Of a stretch of DNA of 64,000 nucleotides, positions 1 through 10,734 are shown one piece after another. The position numbers were made by a program, and so were the translations under genes. The notes under the pieces are model-generated. The model made no database searches and was not told where the DNA came from. It worked only from the letters and a program-made list of their open reading frames with translations. Within the stretch, counting starts at the first letter, position 1. Every line of letters starts with the position of its first letter. The stretch comes from Alphaproteobacteria bacterium (GTDB lineage Bacteria > Pseudomonadota > Alphaproteobacteria > SMXP01). The stretch lies in assembly GCA_965214255.1 (NCBI GenBank), contig OZ243948.1:452916-516915 (forward strand), in the 5' to 3' direction.

Positions 1-242
1 TCGACGGGTCAGTCGAAACTCTGAAAGAAGGCGAATCAGCATTTATCCCTTTGGGAAGCGAGCATCGATTAGCCAACCCTGGTGATGAGCCCCTGATTGT
101 TATTGAAGTACAGTCGGGAAACTACTTGGGTGAGGACGACATTGTTCGCATTGAAGACGACTATAATCGTCTCGGCGACACGAACCCGACCGCTCGGACC
201 CTTAATGCGCGTGATCAAAGTTCTCGAAAAGGTAATCGTTAG
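1..242 (+). CDS. 3' end of mannose-1-phosphate guanylyltransferase / mannose-6-phosphate isomerase (type II PMI C-terminal cupin domain); 5'-partial, in frame 3
   Basis: Frame-3 translation DGSVETLKEGESAFIPLGSEHRLANPGDEPLIVIEVQSGNYLGEDDIVRIEDDYNR matches the conserved C-terminal cupin of ManC/XanB/AlgA-type bifunctional enzymes; the ORF runs off the left edge. Confidence 0.7.
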   Translation, partial: DGSVETLKEGESAFIPLGSEHRLANPGDEPLIVIEVQSGNYLGEDDIVRIEDDYNRLGDTNPTARTLNARDQSSRKGNR

Positions 243-371
243 GAAAGCTGAAAGGATTTGCAAGCCCGTGCAATCCGGTAATGTAGAAGAGACCCTTGCC
301 GAGAGAGTGGCTGGCCGATGCGCTTGGGAAGCGGCGCCAAACATGAGATCAATCCGGTCGGACACTTGTGC

Positions 372-1331
372 CTAGTGCTGTTTGGCCCCGGCCAGCAACT
401 CATCAAAGTACCTAATGGTAGACTTTAATCCCTCATCAAGCGGTGTTTTAGGCGACCAACCGAGTTCTTTTTCCGCCGTAACGATGTCTGGTTGTCTCCG
501 CTTCGGATCGTCTTCCGGTAAGGGTTGTGAAATCACCTTAGATTTTGAACCGACCATCTCGATAATGGTATCGGCCAATTCCCGTATTGATAGTTCCGAG
601 GGATTGCCGAGGTTGAGTGGACCTTGCACATGATCGGGAGCATCCATGAATCCGAGCAGTCCTTCGACCATATCTTCGACATAACAAAATGAGCGTGTTT
701 GTGAACCGTCGCCGAAAATTGTAAGTGGTTGACCGGTCAAAGCCTGAACGATGAAGTTCGATACAACACGACCGTCATTCGGGTCCATTCGCGGACCATA
801 CGTGTTGAATATTCGCGCAACGCGGATATTCACCTTATGTTGGCGTTGGTAATCGAAAAACAGAGTTTCGGCGCAACGTTTGCCCTCGTCATAACAAGCG
901 CGATTTCCTATTGGATTGACGTTACCCCAATAATCCTCGGTTTGAGGATGGATGAGAGGGCTTCCATAAATTTCGCTTGTCGAAGCTTGCAATATTTTTG
1001 CGCCTGTTCGCTTTGCCAATCCCAACATGTTTATGGCGCCATGAACATTTGTTTTGGTGGTCTGAACCGGATCATGTTGATAACGCTTCGGTGAAGCCGG
1101 GCAAGCCAAGTTGAAAATCTCATTAACTTCAACGTAAAGCGGAAGGGTCACGTCATGCCGCATAAATTCAAAGCGGTCATTGTCAAGTAATCCCGCGATG
1201 TTTCGCCGGTTACCTGTAAAAAGATTATCTGCGCATATGACTTCGCAGCCGTTTTCCAGTAATTTTTGACACAAAAAAGAACCAATGAACCCTGCGCCTC
1301 CGGTAACGAGGACTTGGCGAGCACTACGCAT
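372..1331 (-). CDS. uxs: UDP-glucuronate decarboxylase (UDP-xylose synthase), extended SDR family
   Basis: [12 protein letters not shown] Rossmann motif; [27 protein letters not shown] is near-identical to the UXS signature; ATG at 1331 (the ORF-track start at 1370 is TTG); stop of ugd overlaps. Confidence 0.8.
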   Translation of the reverse strand: MRSARQVLVTGGAGFIGSFLCQKLLENGCEVICADNLFTGNRRNIAGLLDNDRFEFMRHDVTLPLYVEVNEIFNLACPASPKRYQHDPVQTTKTNVHGAINMLGLAKRTGAKILQASTSEIYGSPLIHPQTEDYWGNVNPIGNRACYDEGKRCAETLFFDYQRQHKVNIRVARIFNTYGPRMDPNDGRVVSNFIVQALTGQPLTIFGDGSQTRSFCYVEDMVEGLLGFMDAPDHVQGPLNLGNPSELSIRELADTIIEMVGSKSKVISQPLPEDDPKRRQPDIVTAEKELGWSPKTPLDEGLKSTIRYFDELLAGAKQH

Positions 1332-2661
1332 CGATGAATCGGGTCCCTTGCTTGATCGGCTTGCGGCCAATGCTGTGATACTCGATATCGGCGGCGGCCA
1401 TTTCTTCCAACGTGTATATGTTTCGAAGGTCGATCAGCAAAGGCCTTCTTAGTTTTTGCTTGATGCGTTCCTTGTCGAGTGCGCGAAATTCATTCCACTC
1501 CGTAAGTATGACGACCGCATCGGCGCCTTCCATGGCGTCATAGGCATTTATTGAATATTCAATACCCGTCAGCAGTCTTTTCGACTCTTCCATTCCCTCG
1601 GGGTCAAAGGCGCGAATCGAAGCGCCGGCCTTCTGCAAAGCGGGAATGATGACGAGACTCGGACTTTCGCGCATATCGTCGGTGTTTGGTTTAAATGTCA
1701 GCCCTAATATAGCGATGGTTTTGCCGTTTATGCGACCACCACAGGCGTCGATGATCTTTTGTCTCATGCGTTTTTTTCGATCGAGATTGACATCGATAAC
1801 TGTTGCAACAATTTTTGTGGGGGCGCCATGCTCACTCGCGGTCCGTGTCAAGGCCAGAGTGTCTTTGGGAAAGCACGAGCCTCCGAAACCAGGCCCGGCG
1901 TGGAGGAATTTTCGTCCGATGCGGCCATCGAGGCCAATACCTTGACTGACATCTTGAATGTCGGCGCCGACCTTCTCGCATAAGTCCGCCATTTCATTGA
2001 TAAACGTAATTTTCGTGGCCAGGAAAGCGTTGCCGGCATATTTGATGAGTTCCGACGTCTCCCGATCTGTGAACAGGATAGGCGTTTCACTCAAATAGAG
2101 AGGTCGATAGAGTTCTTTGATAATTCGTTCGACGCGTTCGTCGTTGGTGCCTACGATAATGCGATCCGGTCTCTTGAAATCTTCGATCGCCGCACCTTCT
2201 CGTAAAAACTCCGGATTTGATGCGACCGCAAAGTCTGCAAGCGGGTTGCGTTCTCGGATGATGCGTTCGACTTCACGACTCGTTCCGACGGGGACGGTTG
2301 ATTTTGTGACGATGACGGTGAAGCTGTTGAGTGAGTCTGCAATCTCGGTGGCTGCATCGTAAACGAATGACAGATCGGCGTAACCGTCTCCCCGGCGGCT
2401 TGGTGTGCCGACCGCAATAAAGATTACGTGTGCTCCGTGCACGGCATCGGTCAAATCAGTCGTGAAAGTGAGACGCCCGGCCTTCATATTTTCGGCAACG
2501 AGGGCGGCCAAACCGGGCTCAAAGATCGGGATTTCACCCCGTTCAAGCATATCGATTTTGCTTTTATCTTTGTCGACACAAACGACCTCGTGACCGAAGT
2601 CGGAGAAACAACTGCCTGATACCAGCCCCACGTAACCGGTTCCGATCATAGCTACACGCAT
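1324..2661 (-). CDS. ugd: UDP-glucose 6-dehydrogenase
   Basis: [17 protein letters not shown]-terminal NAD fold; [10 protein letters not shown] catalytic-Cys motif; 445 aa typical of Ugd/UDPGDH. Confidence 0.9.
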   Translation of the reverse strand: MRVAMIGTGYVGLVSGSCFSDFGHEVVCVDKDKSKIDMLERGEIPIFEPGLAALVAENMKAGRLTFTTDLTDAVHGAHVIFIAVGTPSRRGDGYADLSFVYDAATEIADSLNSFTVIVTKSTVPVGTSREVERIIRERNPLADFAVASNPEFLREGAAIEDFKRPDRIIVGTNDERVERIIKELYRPLYLSETPILFTDRETSELIKYAGNAFLATKITFINEMADLCEKVGADIQDVSQGIGLDGRIGRKFLHAGPGFGGSCFPKDTLALTRTASEHGAPTKIVATVIDVNLDRKKRMRQKIIDACGGRINGKTIAILGLTFKPNTDDMRESPSLVIIPALQKAGASIRAFDPEGMEESKRLLTGIEYSINAYDAMEGADAVVILTEWNEFRALDKERIKQKLRRPLLIDLRNIYTLEEMAAADIEYHSIGRKPIKQGTRFIDA

Positions 2662-2785
2662 AATATTCGAATCCTAGACCTTCCCGTTGCGACCCGTTTA
2701 CATTTGCGGGTATGTACTATCGCTCATTGATGTCGGTAAAGCCGTTGTGGTTTCTGCTTGACGGCCGTTAACAGACATAGGTGTG

Positions 2786-3658
2786 TTACAAGGGGATGCT
2801 CTTCAAATAGCTCTTAAGATCTTTTCCGACATCCTTTCGGGTAAGTGCGACGGCGATATTTGCTTTCAAAAAACCTATCACGTTGCCGCAGTCGTAGCGT
2901 TCCCCCTGAAATCGATAACCGTGAAAAGGGCCGTCGCCGATCATATGTGTCATTGCATCGGTCAATTGTATCTCCCCTCCAGCCCCCTCGTTTTGTTCTG
3001 ACAAATGACCAAAAATGGAAGGCTGCAATATATACCGGCCCGTTATGCTGAGTGTCGATGGTGCCGCCTCCGGTCTGGGTTTTTCGACGAGATTCTTGAC
3101 TTCTATGAGGCCGTCGGCCTTGAGCGCCCCATCGAGTATTCCATATCGGTTTGTTTGATTGAGAGGTACATCAAAAACAGCCAATAAATTGCCGCCTATT
3201 GCTGAATAAACATCAACCATCTGCTTGAGACATGACGTTTCGTGTAGAATGATTTCGTCAGGCAGCAAGACGGCAAAAGGTTCATCACCGACGATATGCC
3301 GTGCGCACCAGACGGCATGACCTAATCCAAGCGGTTGTTGCTGCCGCGTGTAGATGACGCTGCCTGCTTCCGGTAACCATGATCGCAAGGACGCGAGTTC
3401 GTTCGTTTTTTCACGCTTTTCCAGCATTGCTTCAAGTTCATAGGCCGTGTCGAAGTGATCTTCAAGTTCGGTTTTCCCACGGGCCGTAACAAAAATGAAC
3501 TCCTCAATCCCTGCGGACATGGCCTCTTCAACCACGTACTGAATCAATGGCCGATCTACGATGGTCAACATTTCTTTGGGCATGGTCTTTGTGGCAGGCA
3601 GAAATCTCGTACCCAAACCTGCTACCGGGAACACAGCTTTGCGGATGGCTGAAGTCAT
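2786..3658 (-). CDS. galU: UTP--glucose-1-phosphate uridylyltransferase
   Basis: IRKAVFPVAGLGTRFLPATKTMPKEML nucleotidyltransferase signature; ATG at 3658 (the ORF-track start at 3673 is TTG). Confidence 0.9.
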   Translation of the reverse strand: MTSAIRKAVFPVAGLGTRFLPATKTMPKEMLTIVDRPLIQYVVEEAMSAGIEEFIFVTARGKTELEDHFDTAYELEAMLEKREKTNELASLRSWLPEAGSVIYTRQQQPLGLGHAVWCARHIVGDEPFAVLLPDEIILHETSCLKQMVDVYSAIGGNLLAVFDVPLNQTNRYGILDGALKADGLIEVKNLVEKPRPEAAPSTLSITGRYILQPSIFGHLSEQNEGAGGEIQLTDAMTHMIGDGPFHGYRFQGERYDCGNVIGFLKANIAVALTRKDVGKDLKSYLKSIPL

Positions 3659-3925
3659 CGTTGTGAATCCCAATCAAGAATTTATATTGGTTTTTCGAGG
3701 CTTTCCGTGTCTGCCATGCAGGCTCAGGCAAAGCAAGGGCTCCGCATCGGACTTTGTCCTCCTTTACTCCAAACACGTCAATTGCTCCCCGTAAACGCCA
3801 ACGAGGATAATGTTTCATGGACTTGCAGAGCCCTTAGAGTGACTATAAGTAGTCTCTTGAGTTTTATTGTCTCAGTTCAGACTCGCGTAACGAAATATAA
3901 AGAACCGGATTTACCGGAGATACCG

Positions 3926-4636
3926 ATGGGCAAAAGTTCTCGTTTTCAATGGCATCATTTTTTCAGGTGGGTCAGATCCAGTTTCTTGACGGGGCTGGTA
4001 ATCGCAGCACCAATTTGGATCACGATTTATGTCACGCTGGCTTTCATTTCATTTATTGATGACTTTGTAACGCCCTTCATTCCCGCTCAATATAATCCCG
4101 CCACTTATTTGCCGTTTTCAATTCCTGGACTTGGCGTTCTTGTCGTCTTTGTCCTGTTGACGCTATTAGGCTCACTGACGGCGAACTTGTTCGGTCGGTC
4201 CATAATAAACTTCGGCGAGAAAATGGTCGATCGAATGCCGGTCGTCCGAAACATATACAACGCGCTCAAGCAGATTTTTGAGACCGTGGTGTCGCAAAGT
4301 CGAACCACGTTTCAAGACGTCGGCTTGATCGAATATCCTCGGGAAGGCGTATATGCGATCTGTTTCATCACCACAGACACCGGGGGTGAAATTCAGTCGC
4401 GAATTGGCGATGACTCGGTCAGTGTCTTTTTACCTACAACACCAAACCCGACATCCGGCTTTCTGTTATTCGTTCCACGCAACGATATTCAATTGCTGGA
4501 TATGACTGTCGAAGAGGGAGCGAAACTCGTTATCTCTGCAGGCCTAGTTGAACCAAATCATCAAGGCGTGCCGAAGATCGACCCCGATGAAGTCAAGGTT
4601 AAGGGTGAAGCAGGCGGAGAAACAGCCGCTGAGTAG
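3926..4636 (+). CDS. DUF502-family membrane protein
   Basis: Two N-terminal TM helices followed by a ...DRMPVVRNIYNALKQI... motif typical of DUF502; ATG at 3926 with GGAGA RBS (the upstream 219 nt of the ORF looks non-coding). Confidence 0.6.
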   Translation: MGKSSRFQWHHFFRWVRSSFLTGLVIAAPIWITIYVTLAFISFIDDFVTPFIPAQYNPATYLPFSIPGLGVLVVFVLLTLLGSLTANLFGRSIINFGEKMVDRMPVVRNIYNALKQIFETVVSQSRTTFQDVGLIEYPREGVYAICFITTDTGGEIQSRIGDDSVSVFLPTTPNPTSGFLLFVPRNDIQLLDMTVEEGAKLVISAGLVEPNHQGVPKIDPDEVKVKGEAGGETAAE

Positions 4637-4641
4637 AGTGC

Positions 4642-6723
4642 TCAACCAGATCTCAAATAACGAACGGTCTCGTCACGGCCAAATAAGTATAAGAGGACGC
4701 GCAGGGCTTGACCACGCTCAGACTCCAAATGGGGGTCCTTGGTGATGATGAGTTTGGCATCGTCACGGGCGGTCTGAAGCAGATCTCTGTGGGCCTCAAG
4801 GTCAGCGAGCCGTAACTGAGGGATACCGCTTTGCTTGATACCCAGCAAATCACCCGCGCCCCTGAGCTTTAAATCTTCTTCGGCAATTCGAAATCCGTCT
4901 TCCGTTTCACGCATAATCGATAATCTTGCTTTGGCTGTCGCGCTGAGCGGAGAACCGTACAACAACAGACAAGACGCTTGCGTGTGGCCCCGCCCGACGC
5001 GCCCTCGCAATTGATGAAGTTGGGCCAATCCGAAGCGCTCGGCCCGTTCTATGACGATGACGGTTGCTTCAAGAACGTCCACACCAACTTCAATAACTGT
5101 TGTGGCAACCAATACCTTCAAGTTTCCTGACCTGAAGTTTGCCATGACACCGTCTTTTTCTTCGGGCGTCATCCGGCCGTGAAGCAGCCCCACATCATCT
5201 CCCAGGATGGCATGCAAAGCATTGTATCGGTCCTCGGCGGCTGTAGCATCTACCGCTTCCGATTCTTCTATGAGTGGGCAAACCCAGTAAACGCGGTTGT
5301 TATTCATAATGGTGCGTTTTACGGCACCAACGACTTCATCTAAACGGCTGAGCGGTATGACCCGGGTCTTGATCGGTTTCCGCCCATGGGGTTTCTCAGT
5401 CAAGCGTGAGACGTCCAGATCACCATACAAGGTCAGCATCAACGTTCGCGGAATGGGGGTTGCGGTCATGACCAGCGTTTTGGCGACATTCCCTTTGCCG
5501 GTGAGCTGCAACCTCTGGTGCACCCCGAAACGGTGCTGTTCATCGATGACCGTAAAAGCCAGATCGTGGAAGTGGACGCCTTCCTGAAATAGCGCGTGGG
5601 TGCCGATAAGGATCTTGGTTTGGCCGGCTGCAACCTTGTCGAGAATCTGTCGGCGCTGATCTCCCTTATCCCTGCCTGTCAGTATGGCAACGGGAATATC
5701 AAGGGTTTCGGTTAGAGGTTTGATGAAGGCGTAGTGCTGCTGGGCCAGTATTTCGGTGGGCGCCATAAGCGCCGACTGAGAGCCGGATTCCACTGCACGC
5801 AGCATGGCCAGGAGGGCAACGACCGTCTTACCGGATCCCACATCACCTTGAAGGAGACGAGTCATGTGCGACGGCGAGGCCATGTCCTGATCAATTTCGC
5901 GCATGGCCTGATTTTGTGACGCGGTTAGTTTATAGGGCAGGGCGTCAAGAGCCCGTTTCACGAGATTTCCCGTTCCGGCCAGGGCCCGTCCGCTTCGTTT
6001 TTTCAAGTGCCGTCTCATGAGAGCCAATGCCAATTGGTTGGCGAGTAATTCGTCATAGGCCAGACGTTCTCGTTCCTTGCGGGTAGGGGACAGATCTTCA
6101 AGTGAGCTTGGTTGATGCACCTGGATGAGAGCTTCGCGCCACCGGGTCCAAGCTTTCTTTTCTGAGAGGGCGGAATCCAGCCAGTCAGGTAGATCGGGCG
6201 CGCGTTTGACGGCGGCTTGTACCGCGTGATTCATCTTTTTGGCGGTTAACCCCGCCGTCAGGGGATAGACAGGCTCAATCAAGGGAAATTGGTTTAGCTC
6301 GTTGGACGGAACGACATAGTCGGGATGGGTGATTTGAATTTCCCCTTTATATTCATCAAGGCGCCCGCTTACGATGCGTCGCTCGCCTTCGGGCAAGAGC
6401 TTCGTCAGGTAGTCTGCGCGGGGATGAAAGTAGACGAGTGTCAAGTAGCCTGTTTCATCGAAACACCGGACTTTGTATGGAATTCGTGGGTGTGCTGAGG
6501 GAATATGCCGTTCGACTTCTACCTCCAAGGTAGCGATTCGTCCTCTGTCCGCTTCCGAGACGGCAGGTCTGTAACTGCGATCAATGAGGGTCGTGGGTAA
6601 ATGAAAACACAAGTCGACAACACGTCCGCCTGCCGCCAATTCGATCAGCGCGGCGATGCGCGGTCCGACACCTGGAAGCGTCTTAATCTCGGCGAAAAGT
6701 GGAAAAAGGACATCCGGTCGCAT
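4642..6723 (-). CDS. recG: ATP-dependent DNA helicase RecG
   Basis: 693 aa; N-terminal wedge domain; helicase motifs GDVGSGKT, DEQHRFGV, MTATPIPRTL, QLRGRVGRG. Confidence 0.92.
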   Translation of the reverse strand: MRPDVLFPLFAEIKTLPGVGPRIAALIELAAGGRVVDLCFHLPTTLIDRSYRPAVSEADRGRIATLEVEVERHIPSAHPRIPYKVRCFDETGYLTLVYFHPRADYLTKLLPEGERRIVSGRLDEYKGEIQITHPDYVVPSNELNQFPLIEPVYPLTAGLTAKKMNHAVQAAVKRAPDLPDWLDSALSEKKAWTRWREALIQVHQPSSLEDLSPTRKERERLAYDELLANQLALALMRRHLKKRSGRALAGTGNLVKRALDALPYKLTASQNQAMREIDQDMASPSHMTRLLQGDVGSGKTVVALLAMLRAVESGSQSALMAPTEILAQQHYAFIKPLTETLDIPVAILTGRDKGDQRRQILDKVAAGQTKILIGTHALFQEGVHFHDLAFTVIDEQHRFGVHQRLQLTGKGNVAKTLVMTATPIPRTLMLTLYGDLDVSRLTEKPHGRKPIKTRVIPLSRLDEVVGAVKRTIMNNNRVYWVCPLIEESEAVDATAAEDRYNALHAILGDDVGLLHGRMTPEEKDGVMANFRSGNLKVLVATTVIEVGVDVLEATVIVIERAERFGLAQLHQLRGRVGRGHTQASCLLLYGSPLSATAKARLSIMRETEDGFRIAEEDLKLRGAGDLLGIKQSGIPQLRLADLEAHRDLLQTARDDAKLIITKDPHLESERGQALRVLLYLFGRDETVRYLRSG

Positions 6724-6798
6724 TATTCTTTGACCCGTCGCGGTTACTTTCAGGCCCTGGACCCGCCATTTTCAACTACTAAGATTATATGATACGTC

Positions 6799-7059
6799 AT
6801 GAATGACCGACACAAACGTATACTCTATAAGTCGTGCCGCCGCGGAATGAAGGAAACTGATCTCATTCTCGGCGCTTTTGCGGATCGTCATTTGGCGAGC
6901 CTTACAAAAAACGAACTTGACCAGTTTGAGTCACTGTTGGCCTGTACAGATCAGCAAATTTATCAATGGGTTTTGGGTAGAGAGGTCATTCCGGATAGAT
7001 ATAACAATAAAATCATGGATATCCTTACAAAACTTGAGATTAAATCTGAGAATAAGTAA
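6799..7059 (+). CDS. sdhE: FAD assembly factor SdhE (DUF339/Sdh5 family)
   Basis: 86 aa with the RRGMKETDLILGAF...LTKNELDQFESLL...IYQWVLG pattern (RGxxE motif); classical position between recG and mfd in Alphaproteobacteria. Confidence 0.8.
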   Translation: MNDRHKRILYKSCRRGMKETDLILGAFADRHLASLTKNELDQFESLLACTDQQIYQWVLGREVIPDRYNNKIMDILTKLEIKSENK

Positions 7060-7095
7060 GTGGCCGCTTGACCATTTGATTTATGGATCGGCCGT

Positions 7096-10000
7096 GTGAA
7101 CGACCACTCGAAATTTCCGAAATTCGAAATGCTTGTCGAGTCCCCGCGTCACCTGACCGTGGCCGGCGTGACCGAGGGGGTTGACGCACTTGTTTTAGTA
7201 GACCTGATTCGCGCTCGATCGAACCGACACGGTATGAGCATGGCGCTCTATGTCGCTCGAGACGATGCGCGCGCAGCGGTCATGCGGTCAACCATCGCGT
7301 TCATATCTCCTGAAGTCGATATTGTTGAATTGCCCGCATGGGACTGTCTTCCCTACGACAGGGTATCACCGAAAGCCGAGATTTGCAGTCAGCGAATGGC
7401 CACTTTAACCGGATTGGCGGCCGGTAGGACGTCAGTAGGCCGGTCGACCGTAGTCATCACGACTGTAAACGCCGTGCTTCAACGTATACCGGTCAGAGAT
7501 TTTGTGACGGCGTCGTCATTTGGCGTTGCGGTCGGCAACTTGTTGAATTCGGATAAGTTGTCGGCCTATTTGATGCGCAGCGGCTATATGCGTGCCAGCA
7601 CGGTTAGAGAGCCCGGTGAATTTGCAATCAGGGGGAATATCATCGACATCTACCCGACGGGTTTCGATCAGCCGGTCCGGTTTGATTTGTTTGGCGATAC
7701 GCTCGACTCCATACGCACATTCGATGCCGAAAGTCAGCGGACTACGGGGCAACGGGCGGCACTTGACTTGTCGCCTGTCAGTGAGGTGCCGCTGGACGAA
7801 GGGGCAATACGACGCTTTCGTCGCGCCTATGTGGACCGCTTTGGGGCAGCGACGGATTCCGATCCGCTTTATGAAGCTGTAAGTGAAGGGCGAAAACATC
7901 AGGGCATGGAACACTGGTTACCGTTGTTCCATGAAGAAATGGCGACCGTCTTCGACTACCTCGACGACAACACTTTGATTCTGTTCGATCATTTGGTTGA
8001 TGACGCCAAGACATCCCGACTCAGTTTGATTGACGACTATTATGAAGCGCGGCGCGAAAGAATGGATACCGATACCAAGTCTAAACTTGTGTCGGACTTT
8101 TCTTATAAAGCATTAAAACCAAGCGAACTTTATCTCTCCGAGGAAGAGTGGCAGAGCCATTCGGCCCGCTTTCCGTCAAGAGCCCTTAGCCTCTTTTCCT
8201 TCCCTCCTCATGAAGATGTCATTGACGTTCAAGCGAAAGCGGGGCGCGAGTTTGCGGCTGAACGGTCTGCACGGAATGTCAATGTATTCGATGCAGTTCG
8301 TGTGCATATAGACGACCTAAGACGCAAGGATAAACGCGTTTTCATTGCCTGTGCATCACATCGCTCGGCGGAACGCATGATCAGCGTTCTGGAAGAACAC
8401 GGCCTCCGCGAGATTCGATATGTGCAAAGCTGGCAGCAGGCGCTCGCTTTACCCCTCGGCGTAGCCGTATTTATCAGATTGGCCCTCAATCGCGGATTTG
8501 AATTTGGCGATCTGGTCATCGTGAGCGAGCAGGACATCTTGGGCGACCGTCTTGTACGCAAGTCTCGCCGGACAAAGCGAACCGAAAACCTTATTGCAGA
8601 GGCGGCGTCTTTGAGCCAAGGCGACCTGGTCGTTCACATAGACCACGGAATAGGGCGCTACGAAGGTCTGCGCACCATCGATGTGGCGGGGGCGCCCCAC
8701 GATTGCCTTCTTCTGCTTTACCGCGATGACGATCGACTTTACTTGCCCGTTGAGAATATTGAGTTGCTCAGTCGATATGGTTCGGATGACGTCAAAATCG
8801 AGTTGGACAGACTGGGGGGTGCAGCTTGGCAATCGAAGAAGGCGAAGCTCAAAAAACGTATACGAGACATGGCCGATCAGTTGATGAAAGTCGCATCGGC
8901 CCGCACGCTGGGCAAAGCTTATATCAATGAACTGCCTAGCGGGCTTTATGAAGAGTTTTGCGCCCGTTTCCCGTATGCGGAGACTGAAGACCAAGACCAC
9001 GCTATTGCGGACGTCATTCAAGATATTGCCCGAGCCCGTCCGATGGATCGGTTGGTGTGCGGCGATGTCGGCTTTGGAAAAACGGAGGTCGCGCTTCGGT
9101 CCGCATTTGTCGCTGCCATGAACGGCCATCAAGTTGCTATCGTTACGCCCACGACATTGCTCTGCCGCCAGCACCATATGACTTTTAACGATCGTTTTGA
9201 CGGCTGGCCGCTTAAAGTGGCTCAGCTCTCTCGCCTGGTGCCTCAAAAACAAGCACGAGAAGTCAAATCACGGCTTGCAAGCGGTGACATAGACATTGTT
9301 ATCGGAACGCACACACTTCTGGACAAAAAAATCGAGTTTCGGGACCTCGGGCTCGTTATCGTAGATGAAGAGCAGCATTTTGGCGTAGCTCATAAGGAAC
9401 GCCTCAAGCAGTTCAGGAGCAATGTTCATGTTCTGACAATGACAGCCACGCCAATCCCGCGGACCCTGCAGCTAGCCATGAGCGGAGTTCGCGAGATGTC
9501 GCTGATTGCGACGCCGCCCGTGGACCGGCTTGCCATAAGAACGTTCGTCACGCCCTTCGACCCCGTTGTCGTACGGGAGGCTCTTTTGCGAGAGAAATAT
9601 CGCGGTGGTCAGAGCTTTTTTGTTTGCCCCCGCATTTCAAATCTCTCCGAAGCCATGAGGTTCTTGACCGAGGAGGTGCCGGAGGTGAGTTTCTCTTCCG
9701 CTCACGGCAAGATGTCGCCGCGCGCCTTGGATGATGTCATGAACGCTTTCTATGAAGGTCGATATGATGTTCTGGTTTCAACCAGTATCATCGAATCCGG
9801 CTTGGATATCCCGACGGCCAACACGCTGATCGTTCAAAACGCGGATATGTTCGGTTTGGCGCAACTGTATCAATTGAGGGGTCGAATAGGACGAGCGAAA
9901 GCGAGGGCTTATGCTTATTTCACCGTTCAACCCAATCGGACCTTGACACCCACCGCGGAAAAGCGGCTCAAAGTTCTGCAATCGTTGGACAGTCTCGGCG

Positions 10001-10635
10001 CAAGCTTCAGTCTCGCAAGCCATGATCTCGACATTCGGGGGGCAGGCAATCTCTTGGGCGAAGAGCAATCCGGTCACATCAAGGAGGTGGGCTTTGAACT
10101 CTATCAGTCCATGCTTGAGGAAGCGGTTGCGTCGTTGCGAGGAGACCGGAGCGAGGACGTGTGTGATGACAAGTGGTCCCCACAGATCAATCTTGGAACG
10201 GCCGTTCTCTTGCCGGAGCACTACATTCCCGATCTCAATGTGCGGCTTGCCCTCTATCGGCGGCTGGCCGATCTTCAATCAGCGGCTGACATCGCCGGCT
10301 TCAAGGCCGAACTCGTAGACCGTTTCGGCCCCTATCCGAAGGAAGTCGATCACCTTCTGGAAATCGTTGCTGTTAAGATACTGTGTCGGCGGGCGGGAGT
10401 TGAAAAGGTGAATGCCGGTCCCAAGGGGGTCACATTGGCATTTCGCAACGACGAGTTTAGCAATCCCGCCAAGCTCGTCGAGTTCATCGCCCAAAACACT
10501 GAAGACACGAAACTGCGGCCGGACCATCGCTTGGTCATAAGGCGTGATTGGTCCGATTCCGATGCCAGATTTGAGGGTGTGCAGAAAATTTTAAGCAATC
10601 TTACGGAAATTGCGGAAAGCCTTCCGGCGGCGTGA
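7096..10635 (+). CDS. mfd: Transcription-repair coupling factor Mfd
   Basis: 1179 aa; UvrB-homology N-terminus; RecG-like translocase motifs GDVGFGKTEVA, DEEQHFGV, TMTATPIPRTL, QLRGRIGR; TRCF C-terminal domain; GTG start at 7096 (alternative ATG at 7129). Confidence 0.93.
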   Translation: MNDHSKFPKFEMLVESPRHLTVAGVTEGVDALVLVDLIRARSNRHGMSMALYVARDDARAAVMRSTIAFISPEVDIVELPAWDCLPYDRVSPKAEICSQRMATLTGLAAGRTSVGRSTVVITTVNAVLQRIPVRDFVTASSFGVAVGNLLNSDKLSAYLMRSGYMRASTVREPGEFAIRGNIIDIYPTGFDQPVRFDLFGDTLDSIRTFDAESQRTTGQRAALDLSPVSEVPLDEGAIRRFRRAYVDRFGAATDSDPLYEAVSEGRKHQGMEHWLPLFHEEMATVFDYLDDNTLILFDHLVDDAKTSRLSLIDDYYEARRERMDTDTKSKLVSDFSYKALKPSELYLSEEEWQSHSARFPSRALSLFSFPPHEDVIDVQAKAGREFAAERSARNVNVFDAVRVHIDDLRRKDKRVFIACASHRSAERMISVLEEHGLREIRYVQSWQQALALPLGVAVFIRLALNRGFEFGDLVIVSEQDILGDRLVRKSRRTKRTENLIAEAASLSQGDLVVHIDHGIGRYEGLRTIDVAGAPHDCLLLLYRDDDRLYLPVENIELLSRYGSDDVKIELDRLGGAAWQSKKAKLKKRIRDMADQLMKVASARTLGKAYINELPSGLYEEFCARFPYAETEDQDHAIADVIQDIARARPMDRLVCGDVGFGKTEVALRSAFVAAMNGHQVAIVTPTTLLCRQHHMTFNDRFDGWPLKVAQLSRLVPQKQAREVKSRLASGDIDIVIGTHTLLDKKIEFRDLGLVIVDEEQHFGVAHKERLKQFRSNVHVLTMTATPIPRTLQLAMSGVREMSLIATPPVDRLAIRTFVTPFDPVVVREALLREKYRGGQSFFVCPRISNLSEAMRFLTEEVPEVSFSSAHGKMSPRALDDVMNAFYEGRYDVLVSTSIIESGLDIPTANTLIVQNADMFGLAQLYQLRGRIGRAKARAYAYFTVQPNRTLTPTAEKRLKVLQSLDSLGASFSLASHDLDIRGAGNLLGEEQSGHIKEVGFELYQSMLEEAVASLRGDRSEDVCDDKWSPQINLGTAVLLPEHYIPDLNVRLALYRRLADLQSAADIAGFKAELVDRFGPYPKEVDHLLEIVAVKILCRRAGVEKVNAGPKGVTLAFRNDEFSNPAKLVEFIAQNTEDTKLRPDHRLVIRRDWSDSDARFEGVQKILSNLTEIAESLPAA

Positions 10636-10639
10636 GCCT

Positions 10640-10651
10640 GTCGGGCCCGAC
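10640..10651. promoter_or_regulatory. Perfect 12-bp GC palindrome GTCGGGCCCGAC immediately after the mfd stop
   Basis: Seen directly, 5 nt downstream of TGA (10633–10635); no following T-run, so either a weak terminator stem or a protein-binding palindrome. Confidence 0.3.
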
Positions 10652-10734
10652 GGGCGGGAGATTGGAAATGGGTCCGGTTTCGCCGCGGGTGGTTTCCAAA
10701 AAGGGATTAAAAAGTTGAAGCAGAGCGAGGCTCT

